This document shows positions 9,495 to 17,933 of a stretch of DNA of 64,000 nucleotides, in pieces. Below the pieces are notes generated by a model, which had not been told where the DNA came from, did not search any database, and saw nothing but the letters and a program-made list of their open reading frames with translations. The position numbers and the translations under genes were made by a program. Within the stretch, counting starts at the first letter, position 1. Every line of letters starts with the position of its first letter. The stretch comes from an uncultured Thermotogae bacterium (GTDB lineage Bacteria > Bipolaricaulota > Bipolaricaulia > UBA7950 > UBA9294), in the NCBI GenBank assembly GCA_964582285.1, contig CAZORQ010000003.1, positions 12,559 to 76,558 on the forward strand. Reading direction: 5' to 3'.

Positions 9495-10225
9495 CTGAGT
9501 TCGATTCGCGGGATCCGCGGCGCGGTCTGGCGATCGACGAAACGCTTCTCGAATCCGTCCGACATGGGGGGGATGATGCCATCCGCCTGTGGGTGAACGA
9601 TCCGGCGATCGTTGTCGGCCGATCGCAATCGGTCTGCGATGAAGTCGATATGGATGCCGCGATGGCGCAGGGCATCGCGGTGCTTCGGAGGATCTCAGGT
9701 GGGGGTACGGTCTACCACTACGGAGGGAACCTCAATGCAACGGTCGCGCTACGCGATGGACGGCGGATTGGCTCGGTTCTTGAAACGTTCCGTTTCTTCG
9801 GCAGTGCGGTTGCGGCCGCGCTCGACGAACTCTGTTCAGCGATTCGCTTCGACGAGAACGATCTCTTGATTGGCGAAGCGAAGGTTGGCGGTGCGGCACA
9901 GGCACGTCGCGGAAACGCGCTGCTCTACCACACGACGGTGTTGATCCACCCTCCCGCGGTGGCGATGGATCGGCTGCTACTTGCGATGCGCCCCGGGTAT
10001 CGCCCGCGGCATGTGGCGTCTCGTCCGCGACAAACCGCCTCGTTGAGCGAGGCGATCGGCTCCCACGTGTCAATGGATCGGGTTGCAGCGCTTGTCGCGG
10101 AAGGTATGGCCAACGCGCTAGGTTTGGCTCTCGTGGCGTCATCCCTGACCGTTGGGGAAGAACGTCGAGCGCAGGAGCTTGTGGAGGCGAAGTACGGAGA
10201 CGACGCATGGAATCGATCTCTCTAG
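9482..10225 (+). CDS. Lipoate-protein ligase family protein (BPL/LPL catalytic domain only; LplA/LipM/LipL-like)
   Basis: ..IRLWVNDPAIVVGRSQ.., ..VLRRISGGGTVYHYGGNLN.., ..EAKVGGAAQARRGNALLYHTTVL.. (conserved Lys). 247 aa, so no LplA C-terminal accessory domain. Overlaps the lipA stop. Confidence 0.75.
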   Translation: MRLLTEFDSRDPRRGLAIDETLLESVRHGGDDAIRLWVNDPAIVVGRSQSVCDEVDMDAAMAQGIAVLRRISGGGTVYHYGGNLNATVALRDGRRIGSVLETFRFFGSAVAAALDELCSAIRFDENDLLIGEAKVGGAAQARRGNALLYHTTVLIHPPAVAMDRLLLAMRPGYRPRHVASRPRQTASLSEAIGSHVSMDRVAALVAEGMANALGLALVASSLTVGEERRAQELVEAKYGDDAWNRSL

Positions 10226-10740
10226 ACGACCGCGGTGTGATCGAACGTCAGATTGGCCGATCCGCGCGCGGAGTCGCCGGGATCCCGGTGCGGTGTTCGT
10301 ACGGATACCCGCAAGTGATCCGTGTTCAGCCACTCATTGATCGGGAACCGTTTCCGACGTTGTACTGGCTTACCTGTCCCTATCTGGCGAAGGAGATCGA
10401 TCGACTCGAAGCCGATGGATGGGTTGGCCGTCTCGAGCGACGAATGAACGAGGACCCACAGCTTGGCACAGAGATGGCGCAAGCGCATGCGCGCTACATT
10501 GTCGAGCGTACGGCGATGCTGACCGACACGGAGCACATTGAGCTGGAGTCGTCAGGGATGAGACGAAGTCTTCTTGAGAAGGGAATTGGCGGGATTGCCG
10601 ACCGACGACGACTGAAGTGCCTCCACCTGCATGTCGCCCATCACCTCGCTTCGGGAAACCCGATTGGGGCCATTGTGTGCGCCATGCTTCCGTCATCTGA
10701 GTGCGAATCCGAAGAAGTGATCTGCTCCGCCCTGACTTAG
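10207..10740 (+). CDS. DUF501 domain protein
   Basis: ..EPFPTLYWLTCPYL.. and ..LKCLHLHVAHHLA.. match my memory of the DUF501 family. Overlaps the preceding gene by 19 nt. Confidence 0.5.
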   Translation: MESISLDDRGVIERQIGRSARGVAGIPVRCSYGYPQVIRVQPLIDREPFPTLYWLTCPYLAKEIDRLEADGWVGRLERRMNEDPQLGTEMAQAHARYIVERTAMLTDTEHIELESSGMRRSLLEKGIGGIADRRRLKCLHLHVAHHLASGNPIGAIVCAMLPSSECESEEVICSALT

Positions 10741-10750
10741 GGCGGAGCAG
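10722..10750. terminator. Hairpin between convergent genes (possible bidirectional terminator)
   Basis: CTGCTCCGCCC / 7-nt loop / GGGCGGAGCAG. The DUF501 stop codon lies in the loop. No clear U-tract on either strand. Confidence 0.35.
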
Positions 10751-10788
10751 ATCGGGCATGTCGGATCGATCAATGGTCGACCGATCGG

Positions 10789-13164
10789 CTACGGATCGGC
10801 GTGGACCTTCGGAGGCTGGTTGATGTTCTCTACAAGCACCTGAATGGAGTCGGTGGCCGAGAGCCCACACGGGTCGGTCACGGTCAGTGTGATGGTCGTG
10901 TAGATGCCTTCACAGGTGTCCGTTGCCGGCGCGGTGTAGAGCGTCGACGAGGCGCCCATGTCGGCGAATGTCCCCGCCGTGGCGCTCCAGGAGAATATCA
11001 ACGGATCGCCGTTGGGATCACTAACGATCGGGCAGAGAAGGACGCTGTCGCACTCCAGCAGGCAGAGATCCGATCCGAGATCAACCGTCGGAGCAGCGTT
11101 CACATTGCCGACGCGAATCCCGACCGAGTCGCTTGCCGAGAGACCACAAGGATCGGTCACGGTGAGCGTCACAACCAGCGTTTCACCAGCACACACGTCC
11201 GTCATCGGGATGCAGAGCGTTGGGCATGCGCTGTAGGGATCGTCAAACGTCCCGCCAGTGGTCGTCCAGCAGTAGCGTAGCGCGTCACCCTCGGCATCGG
11301 ATACGGCCGGGGTCATCTGGATGATTACTCCCTCGTCGACCGTGAAGTCCGATCCGAGTTCCGCGGCGGGCGCTGTGTTGACATTTCGCACGTGGATGAG
11401 CACCGTGTCGCAAACCGTCGCTCCGCATGGGTCGGTCACTGCGAGCGTCGCAATGATGTCGACACCGTCGCAGGCGTCGATTTGCGGTGCAACGAAGACA
11501 GCCTGCAGGATGTAGGGGTCCTGGAACGAGCCCAGATTTCCATTCACGCTCCACTGATACATCAGTCCTTCGCAGTCCGGATCCGATGCGCTTGCCGCGA
11601 GCACGATCGACGTTCCTTCGTCGATGCACACGGTGTCTCCTGCATCTGCGATCGGCGTATGATTCACGTTGCGAATATGAAGGATGAACGCGTCGCTTGC
11701 GGACTCGCCACAGCTATCGACGGCGGTAAGGATGACTTCGACGTCAAGATCCTCGCAACCGCTGAGCATCGGTGCCGTGTACACCGGATGGAGAGAGCAC
11801 GCGTCGTCGAATGTGCCGGCACTTGCCTGCCATGCTGACGCAACGACATTGCAGTCCGCGTCGCTCACCACGCCGTGCAGCTGAATCGATGCGCCCTCAT
11901 CGAGGGTCTTCATGGGGGACGCAGTCGGGACCGGGCAGATTGGCTCGACTGTAACGGGGGGCGGGCAGGGTGTCGGGACCGGGCACAGCGGTGCGATGGG
12001 GGGCGGCGGGCACACGATCGCCGGAGGGCACGTGGGTTCGCACATCGGACAGCGGTTGTACGACCCGGCCAGGATGGATCCTTCAAGCAGCGTATCAAGG
12101 CCGTCCGCCGCATAGAGCACGTCGTAGCCATGTCCCCCAAGAAGGATGTCAACACCGTCGCCGCCATCCATCACGTCGTCTCCGAGATCGCCTTCAAGCG
12201 AGTCGTTCCCTCGACCTCCACAGATGTGGTCGTTGTCGGGGCCGCCGAAAATGAGGTCGTCGCCGTCGCCACCATCGATGAGGTCATTGCCATTGCCCCC
12301 CTCGAGGATGTCGTCTCCAGGGCCACCACACAGGACGTCATTCCCGTCAAGGCCGATCAGGAAATCATCTCCGCCGAGACCGAGAATCAGATCTCCTGCA
12401 GCGGTTCCGTAAATGATGTCGTCGCCTTCGGTTCCATAGATAACGTTGGTTACGCCCAGGCAGGCGAACTGCGACGGAATCATCGTTGTGGTCGGCTGGA
12501 CCACCGCTGTGTCTTGATCGGATACGGCCGCAGAGTAGAGGGCGGCATACAGGCCATCCGCCGCTTCGACGCCGTAGTAGCTTCCACCGGTCGCTCCAGC
12601 AATGAGCGTGAGTGCGTCGCGTGCATCCGAATCGACAGCCAGTCCCACGATGTGAAGCGTTACTGGAGGATCGAGCGTTCCGAGCATCTCGGCGACCACG
12701 AGCGGGTCACCCCCGCACGTCTCCTCTCCGTCGGTGATCAGTACAATCACGCTTTCCCCACCGTAGGACATCAGGTCGTTCGAGACGGCGATCAGAGCCT
12801 CAGCAATGGGTGTCTTCCCCATCGCTTGCAGCGCCTGGATTGCCCCCACGACCTGCGCGTTGTCCGCAGCATCCTTCGGAAGGATAGGGAATAGCGCTTC
12901 GATATCCTGACAGCTCTGTACTTCGCGATCCTTATCAACTCGATGGCCGTACACATAAAGGCCGGTCTGGTCGATCGATGCCACCACGCCGAGCAGGTCG
13001 ATCAGCGCAGACTTCGCAACATCGAGTCTGGATTCCACGCCGAGCGGCTTGTTCATGCTGTTCGATGCATCGAGAATGAAGACCACATTGTCGGGTGTTG
13101 AGCTCGCAGCGATGGCAGTAGTCAAGACCAATACCGCTGCGAGCAACAGGCTTCGGGTTCGCAT
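10789..13164 (-). CDS. Secreted multidomain protein: vWA domain, RTX-type Ca-binding repeats, Cys/Pro linker, 4 PKD/Ig-like repeats
   Basis: Start moved to ATG 13164 (AAGGAGG upstream, signal peptide MRTRSLLLAAVLVL..). vWA motifs VVFILDASNSM.. and ..VLITDGEETCGGDP. GGxGxD repeats (GGPGDDILEGGNGNDLIDGGDGDDLIFGG..). Linker CPMCEPTCPPAIVCPPPPIAPLCPVPTPCPPP. Then four ~93-aa repeats ending ..LTVTDPCGLSASD..V.NVN.AP. Confidence 0.85.
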   Translation of the reverse strand: MRTRSLLLAAVLVLTTAIAASSTPDNVVFILDASNSMNKPLGVESRLDVAKSALIDLLGVVASIDQTGLYVYGHRVDKDREVQSCQDIEALFPILPKDAADNAQVVGAIQALQAMGKTPIAEALIAVSNDLMSYGGESVIVLITDGEETCGGDPLVVAEMLGTLDPPVTLHIVGLAVDSDARDALTLIAGATGGSYYGVEAADGLYAALYSAAVSDQDTAVVQPTTTMIPSQFACLGVTNVIYGTEGDDIIYGTAAGDLILGLGGDDFLIGLDGNDVLCGGPGDDILEGGNGNDLIDGGDGDDLIFGGPDNDHICGGRGNDSLEGDLGDDVMDGGDGVDILLGGHGYDVLYAADGLDTLLEGSILAGSYNRCPMCEPTCPPAIVCPPPPIAPLCPVPTPCPPPVTVEPICPVPTASPMKTLDEGASIQLHGVVSDADCNVVASAWQASAGTFDDACSLHPVYTAPMLSGCEDLDVEVILTAVDSCGESASDAFILHIRNVNHTPIADAGDTVCIDEGTSIVLAASASDPDCEGLMYQWSVNGNLGSFQDPYILQAVFVAPQIDACDGVDIIATLAVTDPCGATVCDTVLIHVRNVNTAPAAELGSDFTVDEGVIIQMTPAVSDAEGDALRYCWTTTGGTFDDPYSACPTLCIPMTDVCAGETLVVTLTVTDPCGLSASDSVGIRVGNVNAAPTVDLGSDLCLLECDSVLLCPIVSDPNGDPLIFSWSATAGTFADMGASSTLYTAPATDTCEGIYTTITLTVTDPCGLSATDSIQVLVENINQPPKVHADP
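10792..11910 (-). repeat. Four tandem ~93-codon PKD/Ig-like domain repeats inside the vWA/RTX gene
   Basis: Repeat consensus by eye: ..(V/I)DEG..I.L....SD..G..L.Y.W....G.F.D.......AP......G.....LTVTDPCG.SASD...I.V.NVN.AP. The repeats are conserved at protein level and diverged at DNA level. Confidence 0.8.
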
Positions 13165-13257
13165 CCTGTACCTCCTTGTCGATCGATCCAACTTCCAGGG
13201 GGATTCTAGCCGATTGAGTGGGTCGGAATCTGTGATCTGGATTACAGAATCGCAGAT

Positions 13258-13740
13258 TCAGTCTCGCGGATCAGCAGTCAATGCACCGAGAAGCTCGCGC
13301 CGCCTTCCGGTAGGAATCAGTGCCTGAAGCATCTCGCCGCGAATCCTGCCGCATCCGATGACGTCTCTGCGGAAGCACAGCGCGACGTATCCATCCTCGA
13401 GCGAGGATGGATATGGAATCCTCTGCCCGAGCAGAACGCGTCGAAGGGTATCCACGCTCAGATCGATTCGAGAGGTTGTAATCCTGTTCCCAAGGGCAAT
13501 GAGGAAGGTGCTCGTGGGTTTCAGCCGCTCGCCGTGTCGACGCAGTGCGCGGAGCCCTGGCGGACGGTTGGAGGCAATCCCAGCAGGCGCGATCGACCGA
13601 TACGCCCAGATCTCATCGCGCAGTTCGATGAACGTTATCTGCGCGAGGAATGTGCGATCGACACCGAACCGCCCCTCGAACAGGCGGAGGGCTTCATCTT
13701 GGACACTGCCTGCATCAAGGCCGCTCGAGTCGGGCAACAA
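13258..13740 (-). CDS. RsmF C-terminal-domain-like (PUA-like RNA-binding) protein, encoded separately from the methyltransferase
   Basis: The frame is open from 13782. The most plausible start is TTG 13740 (or 13737), 5 nt after GGAGG (13750-13746), inside the 3' end of the methyltransferase gene. The position matches the C-terminal domains of single-chain RsmF. The family call is tentative. Confidence 0.5.
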   Translation of the reverse strand: MLPDSSGLDAGSVQDEALRLFEGRFGVDRTFLAQITFIELRDEIWAYRSIAPAGIASNRPPGLRALRRHGERLKPTSTFLIALGNRITTSRIDLSVDTLRRVLLGQRIPYPSSLEDGYVALCFRRDVIGCGRIRGEMLQALIPTGRRRELLGALTADPRD

Positions 13741-14596
13741 ATCCACCTCCGCTGTCGATGTGATGAGGGTAGATGCGAGCACAGCCGTGGGTATCCGAAG
13801 GGTAGTTTTCGTTCCCCCACGCTCTCAGTCCCGGGGATGCCTCGAAGGGTAGCGAAATGGGACACAGCCTGGCATCTCGGAGCTTGAGGAGATGCGCTAC
13901 GACAGCTTCGTTCTCCTCCGGTGCGAACGTGCACGTCGAGTAGACGAGAATTCCGCCGGGGCGGAGAAGATCGTATGCACGGAGAATCAGGCGCTTCTGC
14001 AGCCGGGCGAGTCGGCTGATGGTTCCCATGGATGCGCCTGAGCGGACCGACGATTCCTTGCGGAGCGTCCCCTCGGCCGAGCAGGGGGCATCGACGAGGA
14101 TGCGATCGAAGCGTGTGCGAAGCGGGAAGCTCTCTCCACGATAGGCGGTGATCGTCGCATTGAGGATTCCCAGTCGGTTGACATTCGCGAGCAGCGCTTG
14201 CTGTCGGCGTCCACTCGGTTCGTTGGCGATCAGCGGACCGGCGCCTTCCATCCGAGCTGCGATCTGCGTTGTCTTCCCCCCCGGCGCCGCGCACAGATCG
14301 AGCACGGCATGATGTGGTTGTGGATCCAGGACGGTGACCGGAAGAACCTGCACAGCCTCCTGGATGTAGAGCAGGCCAAGCCAATGCTCGATTGTGTTCC
14401 CGACGGAGCGATCGACCTGGAGCAACGTGTCCTCCCACGGGAACTTCGAGGCGGAGATTCCCTGCTGCGCGAGTCGTTCGAGCACATCCTTCGAGGTGGT
14501 CCGAAGCGTATTCGTTCGAACGACGCTAGGAAGAGGGCGACCACAGGCGTCTCGAAATCGCTCCCAATCGGGAATGATCCCGCGGTAGCGGGGCAT
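13715..14596 (-). CDS. 16S rRNA (cytosine-C5)-methyltransferase, RsmB/RsmF (NOL1/NOP2/Sun) family, catalytic part
   Basis: ..VLDLCAAPGGKTTQIA.., ..FDRILVDAPCSAEGTLRKE.., ..LVYSTCTFAPEENE.., ends ..GGGFVARLERP*. Start moved to ATG 14596 (MPRYRGIIPDWERF..) to remove the overlap with the upstream gene. Confidence 0.85.
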   Translation of the reverse strand: MPRYRGIIPDWERFRDACGRPLPSVVRTNTLRTTSKDVLERLAQQGISASKFPWEDTLLQVDRSVGNTIEHWLGLLYIQEAVQVLPVTVLDPQPHHAVLDLCAAPGGKTTQIAARMEGAGPLIANEPSGRRQQALLANVNRLGILNATITAYRGESFPLRTRFDRILVDAPCSAEGTLRKESSVRSGASMGTISRLARLQKRLILRAYDLLRPGGILVYSTCTFAPEENEAVVAHLLKLRDARLCPISLPFEASPGLRAWGNENYPSDTHGCARIYPHHIDSGGGFVARLERP

Positions 14597-14621
14597 CAGC
14601 CCGCCGGTGCCTACGGGAGGC

Positions 14622-15410
14622 CTAGCCGAGTGCATGAATGAACCTGTCATGAACTCGACCGTTCGATGCAGCGATCCCATGATCGGGATCCCGCAGTTTC
14701 GCACCGCGTAGGTCGCTTACTTGCCCGCCGGCCTCTTCGACAAGGAGCGCCGCAGCGGCAATGTCCCACGTGTGCAGCGAAAGGTACCAGACTGCATCAA
14801 AACGACCTGCAGCGACGTAGGCGAGGTCAAGCGCGGCTGAGCCCAGGGTCCGAAGGACACCGGCCTGAGATAGAAGCGGCGGAAGCTGTCTGAGCAGCTC
14901 GATCCGGCGGGCCGGGTCGTACGAGAGACCGATCCCGATGACCGCACCATCGAGCGCTGTGCGACGGCTCACACCGATCGGTTGACCATTGAGATACGCT
15001 CCGTGACCTCGCACAGCGGTGAACGTTTCTTCGCGAACCGGATCGCATACGCAGCCAAGCACGGGTTTCTCTTCGATCAGTAGTGCGATGGAGACGGCAA
15101 AGTGAGGAATCCCAGCGATGAAATTGCTGGTCCCATCCAGCGGGTCGATGACCCAGCAACGGCCGGACGTGCCCTCGGATGTGGCGGACTCCTCGGATAG
15201 GATTCCGTCTTCGGGGTGTGCATCGGCGATGACGCTGACGATGGCCTCTTCCGCCTTCCGATCATAGACCGTCACGCGATCGTTCGGATGGCTCTTCGTA
15301 CGGACTTGTTTGTCCAAGGAGTCAAAGCCTTGCACGAGAATATCGGCTGCCGCTGAGGCCGCTGTGATCGCGCTTCGAAGCGCGTAATCAATGTGCGGTG
15401 GCATGATCAT
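14622..15410 (-). CDS. Inositol monophosphatase family protein (SuhB-like)
   Basis: ..ILSEES.. and ..CWVIDPLDGTSNFIAGIPHFAVSIAL.., ..WDIAAAALLVEEAGG... Confidence 0.85.
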   Translation of the reverse strand: MIMPPHIDYALRSAITAASAAADILVQGFDSLDKQVRTKSHPNDRVTVYDRKAEEAIVSVIADAHPEDGILSEESATSEGTSGRCWVIDPLDGTSNFIAGIPHFAVSIALLIEEKPVLGCVCDPVREETFTAVRGHGAYLNGQPIGVSRRTALDGAVIGIGLSYDPARRIELLRQLPPLLSQAGVLRTLGSAALDLAYVAAGRFDAVWYLSLHTWDIAAAALLVEEAGGQVSDLRGAKLRDPDHGIAASNGRVHDRFIHALG

Positions 15411-15448
15411 CCGGCGACGGGGAAGCGGAAGGTGGCACGAGACAGAAC

Positions 15449-15943
15449 TCAGCGGTCACGTTGCCAGTAGACGCGAACCAATGCGGCATCATCGGCGTGT
15501 TTGATCGTCAGCGATCCCTTGCACGCGCTCTCGATTGCCTTCCCGATGCGAAGCGCGAGATGGCTGCTTGTCGTGGCGATCTCTATGGCACCGTCCTTTT
15601 CATCGATCCACATGATCCGCTGGAGGGGGCGATGCGATGCGGCGGATGCGGCTTGGTTCTTGGCGATGCTGCGGATCTCTTCACGGTGCTGACTGAGGTA
15701 CGCGCCGGCCAGAAACAACAGTCCTGCAGGGAGTTGGTCGGTTTCTCGTCTGCAGGCAGGACATGGGCTTCTGTTGACGGGTTGATCTGCTTGCCGATCC
15801 CGTGTGGTTTCGTTTTGCCAGCGACCATTCCTATAGACAAGATGACATCGGGGACAGACGGTCGGTTCGTGGTACTTCCTGTCCTCATGATAGGGGTTCG
15901 CGCTCTTCCCTCCGATTCGTCCGCGCTTCTCTCCTTCGGTCAT
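15449..15943 (-). CDS. Zinc-ribbon protein, NMD3-like / BCAM0308-type (tentative)
   Basis: Two CxxC pairs (CPRCHLVYRNGRW.. and ..CPACRRE) are followed by a ~90-aa alpha/beta domain. G-rich SD upstream of ATG 15943. Family name is from memory only. Confidence 0.4.
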   Translation of the reverse strand: MTEGEKRGRIGGKSANPYHEDRKYHEPTVCPRCHLVYRNGRWQNETTRDRQADQPVNRSPCPACRRETDQLPAGLLFLAGAYLSQHREEIRSIAKNQAASAASHRPLQRIMWIDEKDGAIEIATTSSHLALRIGKAIESACKGSLTIKHADDAALVRVYWQRDR

Positions 15944-16037
15944 GCTCCCCCCCCTTGCATCATGCCTCTATCGGCGTCCTAAACGAAAAGGGGGCAACGA
16001 ACGACACGTTGCCCCATGGATGCAGAACGGATCTGCC

Positions 16038-16286
16038 TCAGCCGTCCTTCTCTGCCAAGAGCTTCTCAAGGTAGGCGGCTGCCTCTCCAACGGTGGAAAT
16101 CTGCTCAGCCTGCTCATCGGAGATCTCTATACCGAATTCATCTTCGAACTCCATGATCAGCTCCACTGTGTCGAGAGAATCTGCACCCAGGTCCTCGACA
16201 AATGAAGAGTCGTCGTTGATCTCCTCAGGCGCCACCATCAGCTGGTCGCAGATGATCGCCTTGACCTTGTTCGAAATCTCGCTCAT
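16038..16286 (-). CDS. acpP: Acyl carrier protein
   Basis: ..[27 protein letters not shown].. with the phosphopantetheinyl Ser in DSLD. Confidence 0.95.
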   Translation of the reverse strand: MSEISNKVKAIICDQLMVAPEEINDDSSFVEDLGADSLDTVELIMEFEDEFGIEISDEQAEQISTVGEAAAYLEKLLAEKDG

Positions 16287-16316
16287 GCTCGATGAACCTC
16301 CCTAGCATTGCGTTGT

Positions 16317-17048
16317 TCAGGGATGAATGCCCCCGTTCACTCCAACCACTTGACCAGTTATATAGGAAGCCCCATCGGAAAGCAAGAAGCTCACGACCGA
16401 TGCCACTTCGTCCGGCCTGCCTGCCCTTCCGAGGGGCACGCTTCCAAGATACGAGGCGCGAATCTCGTCGGGTAGGACGGAGGTCATTTCGGTCTCGATG
16501 AACCCGGGTGCGACGGCGTTCACGCGGATTCCGCGGCTGCCGACCTCTTTCGACACGCTCTGGCAAAGCGCGATGATCCCGGCCTTGGAGGCTGCGTAGT
16601 TCGCCTGACCGACGTTTCCAATCTGGCCGACCAGCGATGAGATGGCGACGATCGAACCGGATCGTCGTTTCATCATGTGTCGAATGACGGCCTTGATGCA
16701 GTGAAACGTTCCGTTGAGATTCACATCAAGCACGCGGGCCCAATCGGCAGATGTCATGCGCATGAGGAGTTGGTCGGAGGTGATCCCGGCGTTGCATACG
16801 AGCGAATCGATCCGACCGAATTCCTCGATGACAGCTGCAAACGTCTCTCGAATCTGATCTGCATCCGTAACATCGGCACGCCGGAATCTGAACCCACTAA
16901 GCTCCTCTTCGATGGACGTGCCAAGCCGCACATCGCGTCCAATGCCAATCACCGTTGCTCCCTCACGGCATAGCGTCTCGGCGATGGCTCGCCCGAGTCC
17001 GCGGGTTGCGCCGGTGACAATGCTTACTCTCTGACTAGGCGTGCTCAT
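16317..17048 (-). CDS. fabG: 3-oxoacyl-[ACP] reductase FabG
   Basis: ..[15 protein letters not shown].., ..NAGIT.., ..YAASKAG.., ..GQVVGVNGG... Position between fabD and acpP. Confidence 0.9.
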   Translation of the reverse strand: MSTPSQRVSIVTGATRGLGRAIAETLCREGATVIGIGRDVRLGTSIEEELSGFRFRRADVTDADQIRETFAAVIEEFGRIDSLVCNAGITSDQLLMRMTSADWARVLDVNLNGTFHCIKAVIRHMMKRRSGSIVAISSLVGQIGNVGQANYAASKAGIIALCQSVSKEVGSRGIRVNAVAPGFIETEMTSVLPDEIRASYLGSVPLGRAGRPDEVASVVSFLLSDGASYITGQVVGVNGGIHP

Positions 17049-17916
17049 CGATTGCCTCCTCGTACGTCATGAAACGGATCTCCGTCTGCATGCGTTGTCC
17101 CATCCGCGTGAGGACATCACCTGAGCCGGCCTCCACTGCGACATCAACTCCAAGATACGACAGACGATGAATTACGTCGACCCAACGGACTTGCGCAGTG
17201 ATCTGGCGACAAAGGATACCACGGAGCTGTTCGGGATCACGCTCGACGGTTCCCGTGACACCGGACACTATGGGGATCGTTGGCGCGTGGAAATCAAGCT
17301 GTCTCAGGAACGGCTCGAGTGCGTCTTGGGCAGGGCGCATGAGAGGGGAGTGGAACGGCCCTGAAACCTGCAATGCAATACTTCGGCCGCCCATCTCCTC
17401 TGCACGGCGGGTCAGTTCCTTCACTGCGTCAGCCTCCCCGGAGATGACGATCTGCGTCGGGCTGTTGTGATTGGCGATGCAGACGCCGGATCCGATCTCT
17501 GTGCACAGCGACGCGACGGCATCGATATCAAGCTTTAGCACGGCGGCCATCGTGCCTTCGACGCCGCACATCGCTTGCCCACGCTCCATCACGGCGCGAA
17601 GCCCGTCGATGGCGCTTAGCGCCCCGGAGCTGACCAGCGCGGCATACTCACCGAGACTGTGGCCGGCGACAAAAGAAGGGGACCACCCGGCTTGGCGTAA
17701 CAGCTCCTCGCGAGCGAGACTGTCGACAAGCAGCGCGGGCTGCGCGTTCTCGGTTCTGACCAGCAGGTCGGTCCGGGCCTCCGCGATCCACTGTCGAAGC
17801 GCACAACCTTGTGCCCCGGCCATGTCGAGCAGCCCAGAGATACGCTTGGATTCCGGTAGCATGGATTTGGGTGTCTTGCCCTGTCCGGGAAACAGAAAGG
17901 CGATTGTCTGAGGCAT
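17035..17916 (-). CDS. fabD: Malonyl-CoA:ACP transacylase FabD
   Basis: ..FLFPGQG.., active site ..[13 protein letters not shown].., ..SGPFHSPLM... Confidence 0.92.
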   Translation of the reverse strand: MPQTIAFLFPGQGKTPKSMLPESKRISGLLDMAGAQGCALRQWIAEARTDLLVRTENAQPALLVDSLAREELLRQAGWSPSFVAGHSLGEYAALVSSGALSAIDGLRAVMERGQAMCGVEGTMAAVLKLDIDAVASLCTEIGSGVCIANHNSPTQIVISGEADAVKELTRRAEEMGGRSIALQVSGPFHSPLMRPAQDALEPFLRQLDFHAPTIPIVSGVTGTVERDPEQLRGILCRQITAQVRWVDVIHRLSYLGVDVAVEAGSGDVLTRMGQRMQTEIRFMTYEEAIDEHA

Positions 17917-17933
17917 GTCGAACCGTCCTGGGC

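Noticed and set aside
10792-11910. Regularly spaced repeats that might be mistaken for a CRISPR array or satellite. These include 61253-62443 and the GGN-rich stretch at 30748-30800.
   Set aside because: All lie in-frame inside long ORFs and are conserved at protein rather than DNA level (domain repeats, or the Gly-rich tail of DUF2207). There is no repeat/spacer organisation and no cas genes.
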